Part shown: piece by piece, positions 17,190-25,226 of the stretch
Numbering within the stretch: position 1 is the stretch's first letter
Layout of the letters: each line of letters opens with the position of its first letter
Assembly: GCA_964447495.1 (NCBI GenBank)
Contig: CAYUTF010000007.1
Coordinates: 27,313-66,316, forward strand
DNA length: 39,004 nt
Source of the DNA: an uncultured archaeon
GTDB taxonomy: Archaea > Asgardarchaeota > Lokiarchaeia > Sigyniarchaeales > SOKP01
Reading direction: 5' to 3'
Translations under genes and position numbers: made by a program
The notes under the pieces: model-generated
What the model saw: the letters and a program-made list of their open reading frames with translations, nothing else
What the model was told of the DNA's origin: nothing
Database searches by the model: none

Positions 17190-17608
17190 GCGATAAAGAT
17201 TGGATAGGAGTTGAGTTGGATGGGACATTAGCCACCGAGGTTTCCTATCAGGATGCTTTAGGGATTGGGCAGCCTGTGGCTATGATGATTAAACGGGTGA
17301 AGTGGTGGTTGGCCGAGGGGAAAGACGTCCGAATAGTTACAGCCAGAGTTGAAGGTGTAACCAGTCCGGCTGTGACGGCGGGTATTCGGGACTGGTGCAT
17401 TAGGAATATTGGGAAAATTCTTCCCATCGTGAGCGGAATAGACAAGGGTACGACGGAGCTTTGGTCAGCAAGAGCGGTTCAAGTTGTGAAAAATACCGGA
17501 AGAATTTCGAGCAGTGAGAATTTGTGGAGAGACCAGCGAATGTTTGATGCTAGAGCACAAGACCGGAAGGACCGGTTGGCGGAGATAGCTGCTCTAAAGG
17601 CCGAGTGA
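17186..17608 (+). CDS. HAD-superfamily phage protein with degenerate catalytic motifs
   Basis: WIGVELDGTLA, IGQPV, VRIVTARV and ELWSARAVQVVKNTG. From memory, the family normally has VDLDGT and LWDDRAVQV. Confidence 0.7.
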   Translation: MSDKDWIGVELDGTLATEVSYQDALGIGQPVAMMIKRVKWWLAEGKDVRIVTARVEGVTSPAVTAGIRDWCIRNIGKILPIVSGIDKGTTELWSARAVQVVKNTGRISSSENLWRDQRMFDARAQDRKDRLAEIAALKAE

Positions 17609-17609
17609 G

Positions 17610-18128
17610 GTGGAAAAGGACGCTACAGTTTTTGGTAGGATTTTACGTTTCACGTGCAGCGGCCCCGATGTGGCTTCCTGGATTGTAGTTCTATGCGTTC
17701 GGCTCATTTACGGAGGTCGACTTTGGTTCCTTGGCGGCCTATGGTGTGAACTCCCTCAGGGGAAGGCGAAGGACCAGTACGTACGTCCTCTAGGGCACGG
17801 TGGGTGGTACAGGCCGCCTAAGCATGCGAGTAGAGCAGAAGGGCAACAGTACGCTTTGAGAGAGGCCGTTGGGTATGTAGTGGCTTATGAAGCGTATAGT
17901 TTGTTCAGGTGGTTATTTAGATTGCCATATGCCGGCTTGTTTTGTTTCTTTGTGGGGTTTAAGTACTTTTTATTAGTCTATATTCTTTCAGGGGTTCAGT
18001 TTGGATTATTGGGCTTTGAAATGAGACAAAAAGTCGTAAGGGTTTTGATGGCAAGGTACGTTGTTGATACTCGGGGGGTCTATGTAGTTGCAAAAGAGTA
18101 CATGAAGCATAAAGTCGGCATTCGATAG
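17610..18128 (+). CDS. Hypothetical membrane protein
   Basis: Fills the gap between neighbours. Hydrophobic stretch YAGLFCFFVGFKYFLLVYILSGVQFGLLG. Confidence 0.5.
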   Translation: MEKDATVFGRILRFTCSGPDVASWIVVLCVRLIYGGRLWFLGGLWCELPQGKAKDQYVRPLGHGGWYRPPKHASRAEGQQYALREAVGYVVAYEAYSLFRWLFRLPYAGLFCFFVGFKYFLLVYILSGVQFGLLGFEMRQKVVRVLMARYVVDTRGVYVVAKEYMKHKVGIR

Positions 18129-18136
18129 GTTCAGAT

Positions 18137-18568
18137 ATGCTTAGAGGTGAGTTGTCTAACATGCTGTCACCCATGTTTGGGGTGGATTTTCGGATTCTTT
18201 TGGAGGAGCCGGAGATTTCAAAAGTTGGAAGGGTTGCTGATAGGTTGCTTATGACTTCAGGCATGCCGGGGTTTCTGATGCATAGGTACAAGTGGAGAGA
18301 TGGAGCGATAGATTGGATTAGTAGGGAGTTCGAATACCGAGCAGTAGGGGTTATTGTGGAGAAGGGCATCTATTCTGGAGTTATAGCGGAAGTACTTTTG
18401 CAGGGGCTAGCTGAAGTTAAGATATTTGAGGACCGATATACGTTTAAGCGGTGGGTACGTGTAGAGCCAGATTTAGTCAAGGTATTCACAAATGACCCGT
18501 ATCTTTTGGGGTTAAACGAAGTCATAGATAGGCATTCAGGTTGGACAGAGAGGGTACATGGACTATGA
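18137..18568 (+). CDS. Hypothetical protein
   Basis: Coupled to the helicase gene; no recognisable motif. Confidence 0.55.
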   Translation: MLRGELSNMLSPMFGVDFRILLEEPEISKVGRVADRLLMTSGMPGFLMHRYKWRDGAIDWISREFEYRAVGVIVEKGIYSGVIAEVLLQGLAEVKIFEDRYTFKRWVRVEPDLVKVFTNDPYLLGLNEVIDRHSGWTERVHGL

Positions 18569-19817
18569 ATCAATAGCCATATCTAAGGCTATTCTTGATA
18601 ATGCAGTTGGGGAAATTATCGATAAAGGTATAAAGGATGCTTACTTTGTCACCAATTTGTCAGTATGGCAGTTCGTTCTATGGTCTTATCGTGAGCACGG
18701 AGGCCCTCCTCCTCTAGACATTGTTCAGCAGCATTTCCCGAGCTTTGAGGTTAAGAAGTCGGATGCTCCCGTAGGGCTTATAATAGATGAGCTGAAAAAG
18801 AGACATATACACAACGCGATGCGTGAGTCTCTTCGCGGGATGGCTCGATTGATGGAGAAGGCGAAGCCATTAGATGCGTTCGGATTGATGAAGGAAACGG
18901 TCTTAAAGATACAGGCGGATGAAGATTCCTCTAGGGACGTGAATTTAGCGGAGACTACCGAGGCTCGATTAAGCGAGTATAAGGACCTTGCAAAGTGCGA
19001 GGGAATGGTAGGAATACCTACGCCTTGGAAGATGTTGAATGAGGCTACGTTAGGCTTGCAGTCTGAGGATTTAATAATGTTGGCTGGTAGGAGTGGGGTA
19101 GGTAAGACATGGAGTGAGGTTGTATTTGCTTGTACTGAGTGGATGATGGGCTATGTCCCGTTAGTGATTTCAAATGAAATGTCCGTGAAGCAAATGGTCC
19201 GGCGTATCGACGCCACGTGTGCGAAACTGCCGTATAAGAGATTTAGAGCTGGAATGCTTAGCGGAGAAGAGTTGGAGAGATGGGAGCGTTCGTTACGTGA
19301 TATGAAAGATGGGTTGCCGTTCTGGGTTTCTGGGGATAGGCGTCAGCTTACTGTCACGGGTATACGTGCCAAGGTCAGAAAGTATAAGCCGCATGCTTTA
19401 TGGATTGATGGTGGGTATTTAATTTCTGATGAGTCTCATGGACGGCAGTCTTGGGAAAGATGGTCTAATGTTTGTGGCCAACTTAAGAGGTTGGGACAAG
19501 ATGAGGGCATACCGGTAGGCATTTCTCATCAGTTTAATCTTGAGGGTAAGGGGTCTGAAGGTTCGGCCGACACCCTTAAGTATGGCGATGTGAAGATGTG
19601 GTTTGACCTTATTCTGGGAATGTACCAGACCGATGAGTTAAGGCTGAACAAAGAGATGTTGTTCAGGGTGTTGAAGATACGAGAGAGTGAAGAGTTCAAC
19701 GTTGAGTGGGTTAGCGGATGGGACTTGGATGCAATGGAGTTTCCGGATAAAGGTCCTGGGACGGAAGAGGTGAAAAGGGCTCAAGAGGTTATGGTAAATG
19801 AAGAAATAGATTATTGA
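18558..19817 (+). CDS. dnaB: Replicative DnaB-like (SF4) helicase
   Basis: GIPTPW, Walker A GRSGVGKT, SNEM, Walker B LWIDGGYL, LKRLG..SHQFN and KIRE. Confidence 0.9.
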   Translation: MDYESIAISKAILDNAVGEIIDKGIKDAYFVTNLSVWQFVLWSYREHGGPPPLDIVQQHFPSFEVKKSDAPVGLIIDELKKRHIHNAMRESLRGMARLMEKAKPLDAFGLMKETVLKIQADEDSSRDVNLAETTEARLSEYKDLAKCEGMVGIPTPWKMLNEATLGLQSEDLIMLAGRSGVGKTWSEVVFACTEWMMGYVPLVISNEMSVKQMVRRIDATCAKLPYKRFRAGMLSGEELERWERSLRDMKDGLPFWVSGDRRQLTVTGIRAKVRKYKPHALWIDGGYLISDESHGRQSWERWSNVCGQLKRLGQDEGIPVGISHQFNLEGKGSEGSADTLKYGDVKMWFDLILGMYQTDELRLNKEMLFRVLKIRESEEFNVEWVSGWDLDAMEFPDKGPGTEEVKRAQEVMVNEEIDY

Positions 19818-19825
19818 GGAGAGTC

Positions 19826-20071
19826 ATGTATATAGAAGTCGGGGAAAAGGATTTTAAAAAGTTAGTTGAAGCCATCAAGTATGTTATTTCACGTGAAGGT
19901 GAAGTGGTTGATACCGTTATGGTGGAGCACCTTCAGGGGGTGTTATCGGAGGTTGTAGACCATGTAAAGAATGACCGTTTCGGTAGAGTTGGGGGTCGGG
20001 CTTCCGGGGTGGCAATGCAAATAGATGCGGTATTGCCGTTGTTCGGTGGAAAGAGGAACGAGGGCGAATAG
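19826..20071 (+). CDS. Hypothetical protein
   Basis: ATG at 19826 follows GAGGAG. Lies between helicase and primase. Confidence 0.55.
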   Translation: MYIEVGEKDFKKLVEAIKYVISREGEVVDTVMVEHLQGVLSEVVDHVKNDRFGRVGGRASGVAMQIDAVLPLFGGKRNEGE

Positions 20072-21099
20072 TGAACAAGAAGCAATTATGGAGGGTGCTT
20101 GAGGAGTTAGGAGTTAAAGAAGTCATAGAGTATGAAAAAAATGTTCAGATTCCATGTTTGTTAGCTGGGTGGCGGGTTGGCCACACTAAAGGAAGTGACC
20201 ATGCAGGTTCTATGGGCATTTCGTTTAACGATAAGGGAAAGCCATCGTTAGTGAATTGTTTTGCGTGCCAATTCAAAGGTAATTTGTCCTATTTGCTGTT
20301 CAAGTATGCTCAGCTATCAGGGAAAAATATACAAAAGCTTAGGGAATGGGCTGATGATATTGAGGAAGGTGACCCCATTCAGATGGTTTTGGATATACGC
20401 GGGTTTGATGAAAGGGATGGTGAGGAGGTCCAGAGGGTCGATACTTTATGTGAAGGATTGTTGAGCATGCATTTTGAGCGTGGGTACAGACCGGAGGTGT
20501 TAGCCAAGAGAGGGTTGGAAGAGGACACTCTAGGTGTATGGGAGTGCATGTATGATCGTAGGTTTAATCGGTTTGTATTTCCAGTAAGAGAGATGCAAAA
20601 ACCTACTGGGTATAATTGTTTCAACTATTCCAATTTAGTCGGAGCAGTAGGGCGCTCAGTGGTAGGAAAAAAGAGGTATCACAATTATTTTAATTTTCCT
20701 ACATCGAGATATTTTCTAGGTGAGCATTTAGCCAAGAAGGACACTGTTGCTGTAGTTGTTGAGGGAGTGGTGGATACCATTTCTGTTTGGCAGGAGATAC
20801 ACCGAGCCGGGAGGTCCGATGAATATAGTGTATTGGGTCTTCTGGGTACGGAGGTGTCAGGTAAAAGGGAGAAGTTTCTATGCGACAATTTCACATCTGT
20901 AGTTGCATTTTTTGATAATGACCCGGCTGGATGGACGGGACAAAGAAAGTTGATTATAGCTATTCAGGATAAGACCTTGTTGAGGGGAGTGAGGTATCCG
21001 AGAGTAGCAGGATATGTCAAAAGCGACCCAGCTAAATTGGTAGAGGATGGGGTGGATGTAATCTCGCTTATCGATAATGCTGGGTTGATAGCTGTATAG
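20071..21099 (+). CDS. DnaG-type DNA primase
   Basis: Zn-binding C...H...CFAC, FVFPV...GR, and TOPRIM motifs VVVEGVVD and FFDNDPAG. Confidence 0.88.
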   Translation: MNKKQLWRVLEELGVKEVIEYEKNVQIPCLLAGWRVGHTKGSDHAGSMGISFNDKGKPSLVNCFACQFKGNLSYLLFKYAQLSGKNIQKLREWADDIEEGDPIQMVLDIRGFDERDGEEVQRVDTLCEGLLSMHFERGYRPEVLAKRGLEEDTLGVWECMYDRRFNRFVFPVREMQKPTGYNCFNYSNLVGAVGRSVVGKKRYHNYFNFPTSRYFLGEHLAKKDTVAVVVEGVVDTISVWQEIHRAGRSDEYSVLGLLGTEVSGKREKFLCDNFTSVVAFFDNDPAGWTGQRKLIIAIQDKTLLRGVRYPRVAGYVKSDPAKLVEDGVDVISLIDNAGLIAV

Positions 21100-21107
21100 G
21101 AGGTACT

Positions 21108-21671
21108 ATGAAAAGTTTGTTGACGATTATTTTAATTTTGATGATGTCTTTTGTATGTTTTGGAAGTGGAGTATCCCGGGGTGAGAGGCCGATACCCCAC
21201 GAGCAATGGACCGATAGCACTAAGGTGTGGCTTGCCCGGTCGTGTGTGGGGGAAGCAGGATTTGACGCATATGAGGAGTGCATTGGAATCGCTTGGGTCT
21301 ACGCTGTGCGATGGAAGTCTTCTGCTGGGAGGGATACTTTGGAGGGGGTGATTCGAAGCTATTCTGCGGCTGTAAAGAGTAGAAATTCTCATAAGCGGAA
21401 GTGGATTTTTGATTTGAGATTAGATGGAAAGCGGCCTAAGGGGTGGCCAAAGAGGTTAAGCTGGAAAGGGCATTTGAAGTTTTGGAACAAGATATTGTTT
21501 GAGCTCGAGCAGTGGTCTAAGGGGTTTAGAGAGAATCCCGTGAAGGGGGCTATCCATTGGGGAGGCAGCATGGATACTCCCCATGCAAGTTGGGTTAGGG
21601 TTCTACCTACGGCAGGAGTTACGTTCAAAAATATTTTTTATAGGTCAAAGTATTCGGCGGTAAGAGATTGA
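21108..21671 (+). CDS. SleB/Hydrolase_2-like cell-wall hydrolase with signal peptide
   Basis: AGGAGG RBS. Signal MKSLLTIILILMMSFVCFG, then LARSCVGEA (catalytic Glu), NPVKGAIHW and NIFY. Confidence 0.7.
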   Translation: MKSLLTIILILMMSFVCFGSGVSRGERPIPHEQWTDSTKVWLARSCVGEAGFDAYEECIGIAWVYAVRWKSSAGRDTLEGVIRSYSAAVKSRNSHKRKWIFDLRLDGKRPKGWPKRLSWKGHLKFWNKILFELEQWSKGFRENPVKGAIHWGGSMDTPHASWVRVLPTAGVTFKNIFYRSKYSAVRD

Positions 21672-21695
21672 CAAAATTAACTCGGATGATAAGCT
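21668..21695 (+). promoter_or_regulatory. Sigma70-type promoter TTGACA-N16-TAAGCT with extended -10 TG
   Basis: TTGACAAAA at 21668 and TGnTAAGCT at 21687-21695, upstream of the SSB and polymerase genes. Confidence 0.65.
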
Positions 21696-21743
21696 GCGCA
21701 CAGAAGCATAAAAAACTAAAGGCTTTAGAGCCAAGGAGAAAGC

Positions 21744-22493
21744 ATGACCGAACGACCAAGGTATTTTAGATCGGGGGATGAAGCTGACACTGAGTTGACT
21801 GAGCGGATAAAGACCGCTGAGCGGGGGTTTATTCCAAGAGTTTATATGCCGGTTACTCCGGAAGATTCTGACGGCATGCCATTTACTTTTTTGGATGGCA
21901 ACGTAAATCCTGGTGGGTATAATACTCCCTATGCCTTTGAAGAACACAATTTTGAGATGAGGGGCAATTGGTTTAATCATACTACGTGCATAGAAGGCCT
22001 TCCGCATCCAATTACAGGAAGGCCAATGGCGTGTCCCATATGTCGAAGTAGAGTTATTCCTGCAAACCAGAAACGGCCGTATACGGCGCATGCCTATACC
22101 GTGATCAATCATACACCCTATCAGGTAAAAGAAGAGCTCAGGAATCCTAATGGGGATGAGATCACTTTATTGATTGCGAAGACTAAGTTTGCGGGCAAGT
22201 TGAGAAGGAAGCGCCGGCAGGTAGCTCAGGAAGGTGGGCTGAGAGGTTGGAAAGGGCTGTTTATTCGGTCAGAGAAAGGGGAGCCGAGTACAGGGGGTGA
22301 AGTTGAATGGGTAGGAAAGGTTGAGTTGCCTGACAATCTACAGCCATTTGATTATTCTCAAATTCTGGTTCCCAAGACTCCGGAAGAAATAATCCGGTAT
22401 TTGATTCTTGGCAATATGGCCGATCCAATAGATTCTGGGAGTACAAGGGTCAATGCCCGCATCGGTGAGGGAACAGACCAAATTCCTTTCTAG
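21744..22493 (+). CDS. Single-stranded DNA-binding protein (gp32-like, Zn-binding)
   Basis: TFLD, EHNF..G.W...TC, CPIC, and an acidic C-terminus ending DQIPF. Directly precedes the polymerase. Confidence 0.7.
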   Translation: MTERPRYFRSGDEADTELTERIKTAERGFIPRVYMPVTPEDSDGMPFTFLDGNVNPGGYNTPYAFEEHNFEMRGNWFNHTTCIEGLPHPITGRPMACPICRSRVIPANQKRPYTAHAYTVINHTPYQVKEELRNPNGDEITLLIAKTKFAGKLRRKRRQVAQEGGLRGWKGLFIRSEKGEPSTGGEVEWVGKVELPDNLQPFDYSQILVPKTPEEIIRYLILGNMADPIDSGSTRVNARIGEGTDQIPF

Positions 22494-22534
22494 TCAGGGT
22501 TTAGAGGTATACCCGAAGTAGTTGGAGGCTGTTA

Positions 22535-24484
22535 ATGGAGTGGAGTACTATTGTATCCTCTGATGCGCATGTGTCGGCTTTTTTGGAGAAGGTGGAAGCA
22601 TGTAAGTGCACCTTTGGAACGGACGTTGAGTCGACATCAGCTGTGGCGTTAGAGGATGCCCCTTTGCGTCATGATTTACTTCAGATAGTCGGTATTGGGT
22701 TTGGGTTTCCTGATGGGTCGAAAACTTATTTTCCTTTTGCGCATGCAGAAGGACCAAGGGCGCCAGGGGGGGCCTATGGGGCAGTAAAGAGAGTTCTTGA
22801 AGACCCTAAAGCTGTGATCTGGGCTCATAACTCCAAGTATGAGCATATGGCTTTAAGGTCATTTGGTATTGAGATACTTGGGACACTTCTTTGTAGCCAA
22901 ATAGCTCAGTACAGCTTGGGGAAGTGGCTTCCAGGTAAAGACAGATTGAAGTTGAAGCCGGCGGCGAGAAAATTTCTAAAGATGAGAATGCGTGATTGGG
23001 AAGATGTGGTCCCAATAGGTACAAGAGCCCACGAGGTACCTTCGGATACCGTGGGGGACTATTGCGGAGACGACTCCCTAGCGGCGCTGAGATTGGGGGA
23101 GTTCTGGGTTCCGAAGCTCAAAGAGTATGGGGCATACAAAGCGTTTGTGGAGATGTCTTGCGAGTTCGCAAAAGTCTTGTCTCATATGCGGGAGGTCGGG
23201 TTTGCTATAGATAGGGATAGAATTCTTGAGATAGATTTAAAGTTCAGAGAAGAAGAGAAGCGCATAGTCAAGGAGTTTGAGTCCCTTGTTGGAGTGCATC
23301 CTAACCGGAACCAGGCGGTATCGGCGCGACTATTCAAGGAGATGCAGGTTTGGCCGATACTTCCGCATTTCGAGAAGGGTAGTAATGGTGAGTATCCAGT
23401 GAACAAAGAAGTTCGTGGGGAGCTGAGACACTATCTTAAAAAGGGCTCGAAAGGGCTGCATATCCTCGAGCTTAAGGATAGGCATTCTAAGGTGTCAAAG
23501 TTCATCTCCAACTATACGATATCCCTAGTGGAGAAGGCGGACCGGTCGGTGGATGGACGGCTCAGATGCGAGTTTAATCAGACGATAACGGAGACAGGGA
23601 GGTTAGCTTCTTCGAAACCAAATTTGCAGAATATTCCTAATTTGAAGAAGCTTGGGGGGGAGATTAGGGACAGTTTTGTTGCGGATGATGGTTGGGATAT
23701 TTGTGACGCGGATTATTCACAAGCTGATTTGCGGATGATGGCACATTTGAGTTGTGACCCTAATTTGATGAGGGCGTATATTGAAGATTTAGACGTGCAT
23801 CAGCAGACGGCTGATGCATGTGGGTGTGACAGAGGTGCTGGTAAAATTGTAAATTTGGGTATTATTTATGAGATGATGGCGGGGACGTTGGCTCATGGGT
23901 TGGGTATACCGGTATCAGCTGCGGAGATTATTTGGAATAGATGGCATGGTAACTACCCTGGAGTTCGAAAGTACCAAAAGGGTATGCATTTGTTTGTGGC
24001 GACACACGGCTATGTGAGGACTATAACCGGTAGGTTAAGGTTTATTCCAAAAGGGTATATAAAGGTAGATGAGAGAAGTCTTATAGACGGGCAGTCTGAG
24101 ATGGATTATAGGCTTAGGATTATAAACAATCCTAAAGCTTCGAGAAAATATTCTAGGGCTTTCAGGGAAGCCTCGAATACTCCTGACCAGGGTAGCGTTG
24201 CGGATGTTCTTATGTTGGCGGCAAGGAACATGTACAGGGAGTGGAAGAGCCGAGGGCTTTTGTACGATTATTGGACTGGGGAGGGGAAGGTAAAGATACT
24301 TTCGTTTGTACATGATGAAGCAATTTGTGAGTTCCGAAAAGATTTTGCCGAGGAAGGGGCAGCGGATCTTCGTAGGCATTTGGAGAACGCAGTCGAGTTA
24401 AGAGTACCAATGAAGGCTAATCCCGGTATTGGTTATAGTTGGAAGCAGGCGTGTTTAGACGCTAAAAAGAGAGAAGAGGGTTAG
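22535..24484 (+). CDS. polA: DNA polymerase family A with 3'-5' exonuclease
   Basis: ExoI DVES, ExoII HNSKYE, ExoIII YCGDD, TGRLASSKPNLQNIP, motif A DYSQADLR, motif B RGAGKIVNLGIIYE, motif C VHDE. Confidence 0.95.
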   Translation: MEWSTIVSSDAHVSAFLEKVEACKCTFGTDVESTSAVALEDAPLRHDLLQIVGIGFGFPDGSKTYFPFAHAEGPRAPGGAYGAVKRVLEDPKAVIWAHNSKYEHMALRSFGIEILGTLLCSQIAQYSLGKWLPGKDRLKLKPAARKFLKMRMRDWEDVVPIGTRAHEVPSDTVGDYCGDDSLAALRLGEFWVPKLKEYGAYKAFVEMSCEFAKVLSHMREVGFAIDRDRILEIDLKFREEEKRIVKEFESLVGVHPNRNQAVSARLFKEMQVWPILPHFEKGSNGEYPVNKEVRGELRHYLKKGSKGLHILELKDRHSKVSKFISNYTISLVEKADRSVDGRLRCEFNQTITETGRLASSKPNLQNIPNLKKLGGEIRDSFVADDGWDICDADYSQADLRMMAHLSCDPNLMRAYIEDLDVHQQTADACGCDRGAGKIVNLGIIYEMMAGTLAHGLGIPVSAAEIIWNRWHGNYPGVRKYQKGMHLFVATHGYVRTITGRLRFIPKGYIKVDERSLIDGQSEMDYRLRIINNPKASRKYSRAFREASNTPDQGSVADVLMLAARNMYREWKSRGLLYDYWTGEGKVKILSFVHDEAICEFRKDFAEEGAADLRRHLENAVELRVPMKANPGIGYSWKQACLDAKKREEG

Positions 24485-24488
24485 AGGT

Positions 24489-25226
24489 ATGTATGAAAAT
24501 ATAAAGGTGTTCGGGGAGAGGCATACTGGCACAAAGTATCTGTTGAAGTTGATAGAGTTGAATATGCCAGAGTTTAATATAGTTCAGGGTACTGGGTCAT
24601 GGGTTCTTGAAAAGTTGTATTATAGGCCGTGGGTGGAGTTGGCCTATGATATGTATTTTAGGAAGACATTCCCTACAGTGTTGGGATGGAAGCATTCAGC
24701 TGTTCATTGTGGGGCTCTGTATGAGCAGAAGATTTTTGAAAAGACGTTTTTTGTTTGTTTAGTCAGAAATCCCTATTCTTGGTTGTTGTCAATGCACAGG
24801 ATGCCTTATCATGCTTATGATATGCCCAGGAGTTTAGAGGATTTCTTGACGAGTGAGTGGCCTATATTGGATAGGGATATGTGCAGAGCCAAGAACGTTA
24901 TGGACCTATGGAACATTAAGAATTATTCTTACTTGCATTCTGGTTTTTATTTAATAAAGTTTGAAGATTTAGTTTGTAATCCACGCAAGACTATTTACAA
25001 GCTGGCGAAAAGGTTGGAGTCGGATTTCAGGTACTCTCAGTTTGAGGGGTATAATAGATCTACGGTACAAGACATGTGTCGGGATTCTGACTGGTACAAG
25101 GATTATTACGGTTCAGAAAGGTGGCGTCACAGATTATCTCCAAGGGCATTGGAGATAATAGCCAAGGGTATTGATTGGGGTATAGCACACGAGTTCAGTT
25201 ATATGGAGAGGCCATGTTTTCATTAG
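24489..25226 (+). CDS. Sulfotransferase-fold protein
   Basis: 5'-PSB-like GERHTGTKYL, GWKH, 3'-PB-like VRNPYSWLLS, and IKFEDLV. Confidence 0.75.
   Translation: MYENIKVFGERHTGTKYLLKLIELNMPEFNIVQGTGSWVLEKLYYRPWVELAYDMYFRKTFPTVLGWKHSAVHCGALYEQKIFEKTFFVCLVRNPYSWLLSMHRMPYHAYDMPRSLEDFLTSEWPILDRDMCRAKNVMDLWNIKNYSYLHSGFYLIKFEDLVCNPRKTIYKLAKRLESDFRYSQFEGYNRSTVQDMCRDSDWYKDYYGSERWRHRLSPRALEIIAKGIDWGIAHEFSYMERPCFH

Noticed and set aside
23990-24180. Intein or intron in polA (also considered for recA and ligase inserts)
   Set aside because: The inserts are only tens of residues, lack splice-junction or homing-endonuclease motifs, and the frames are uninterrupted.
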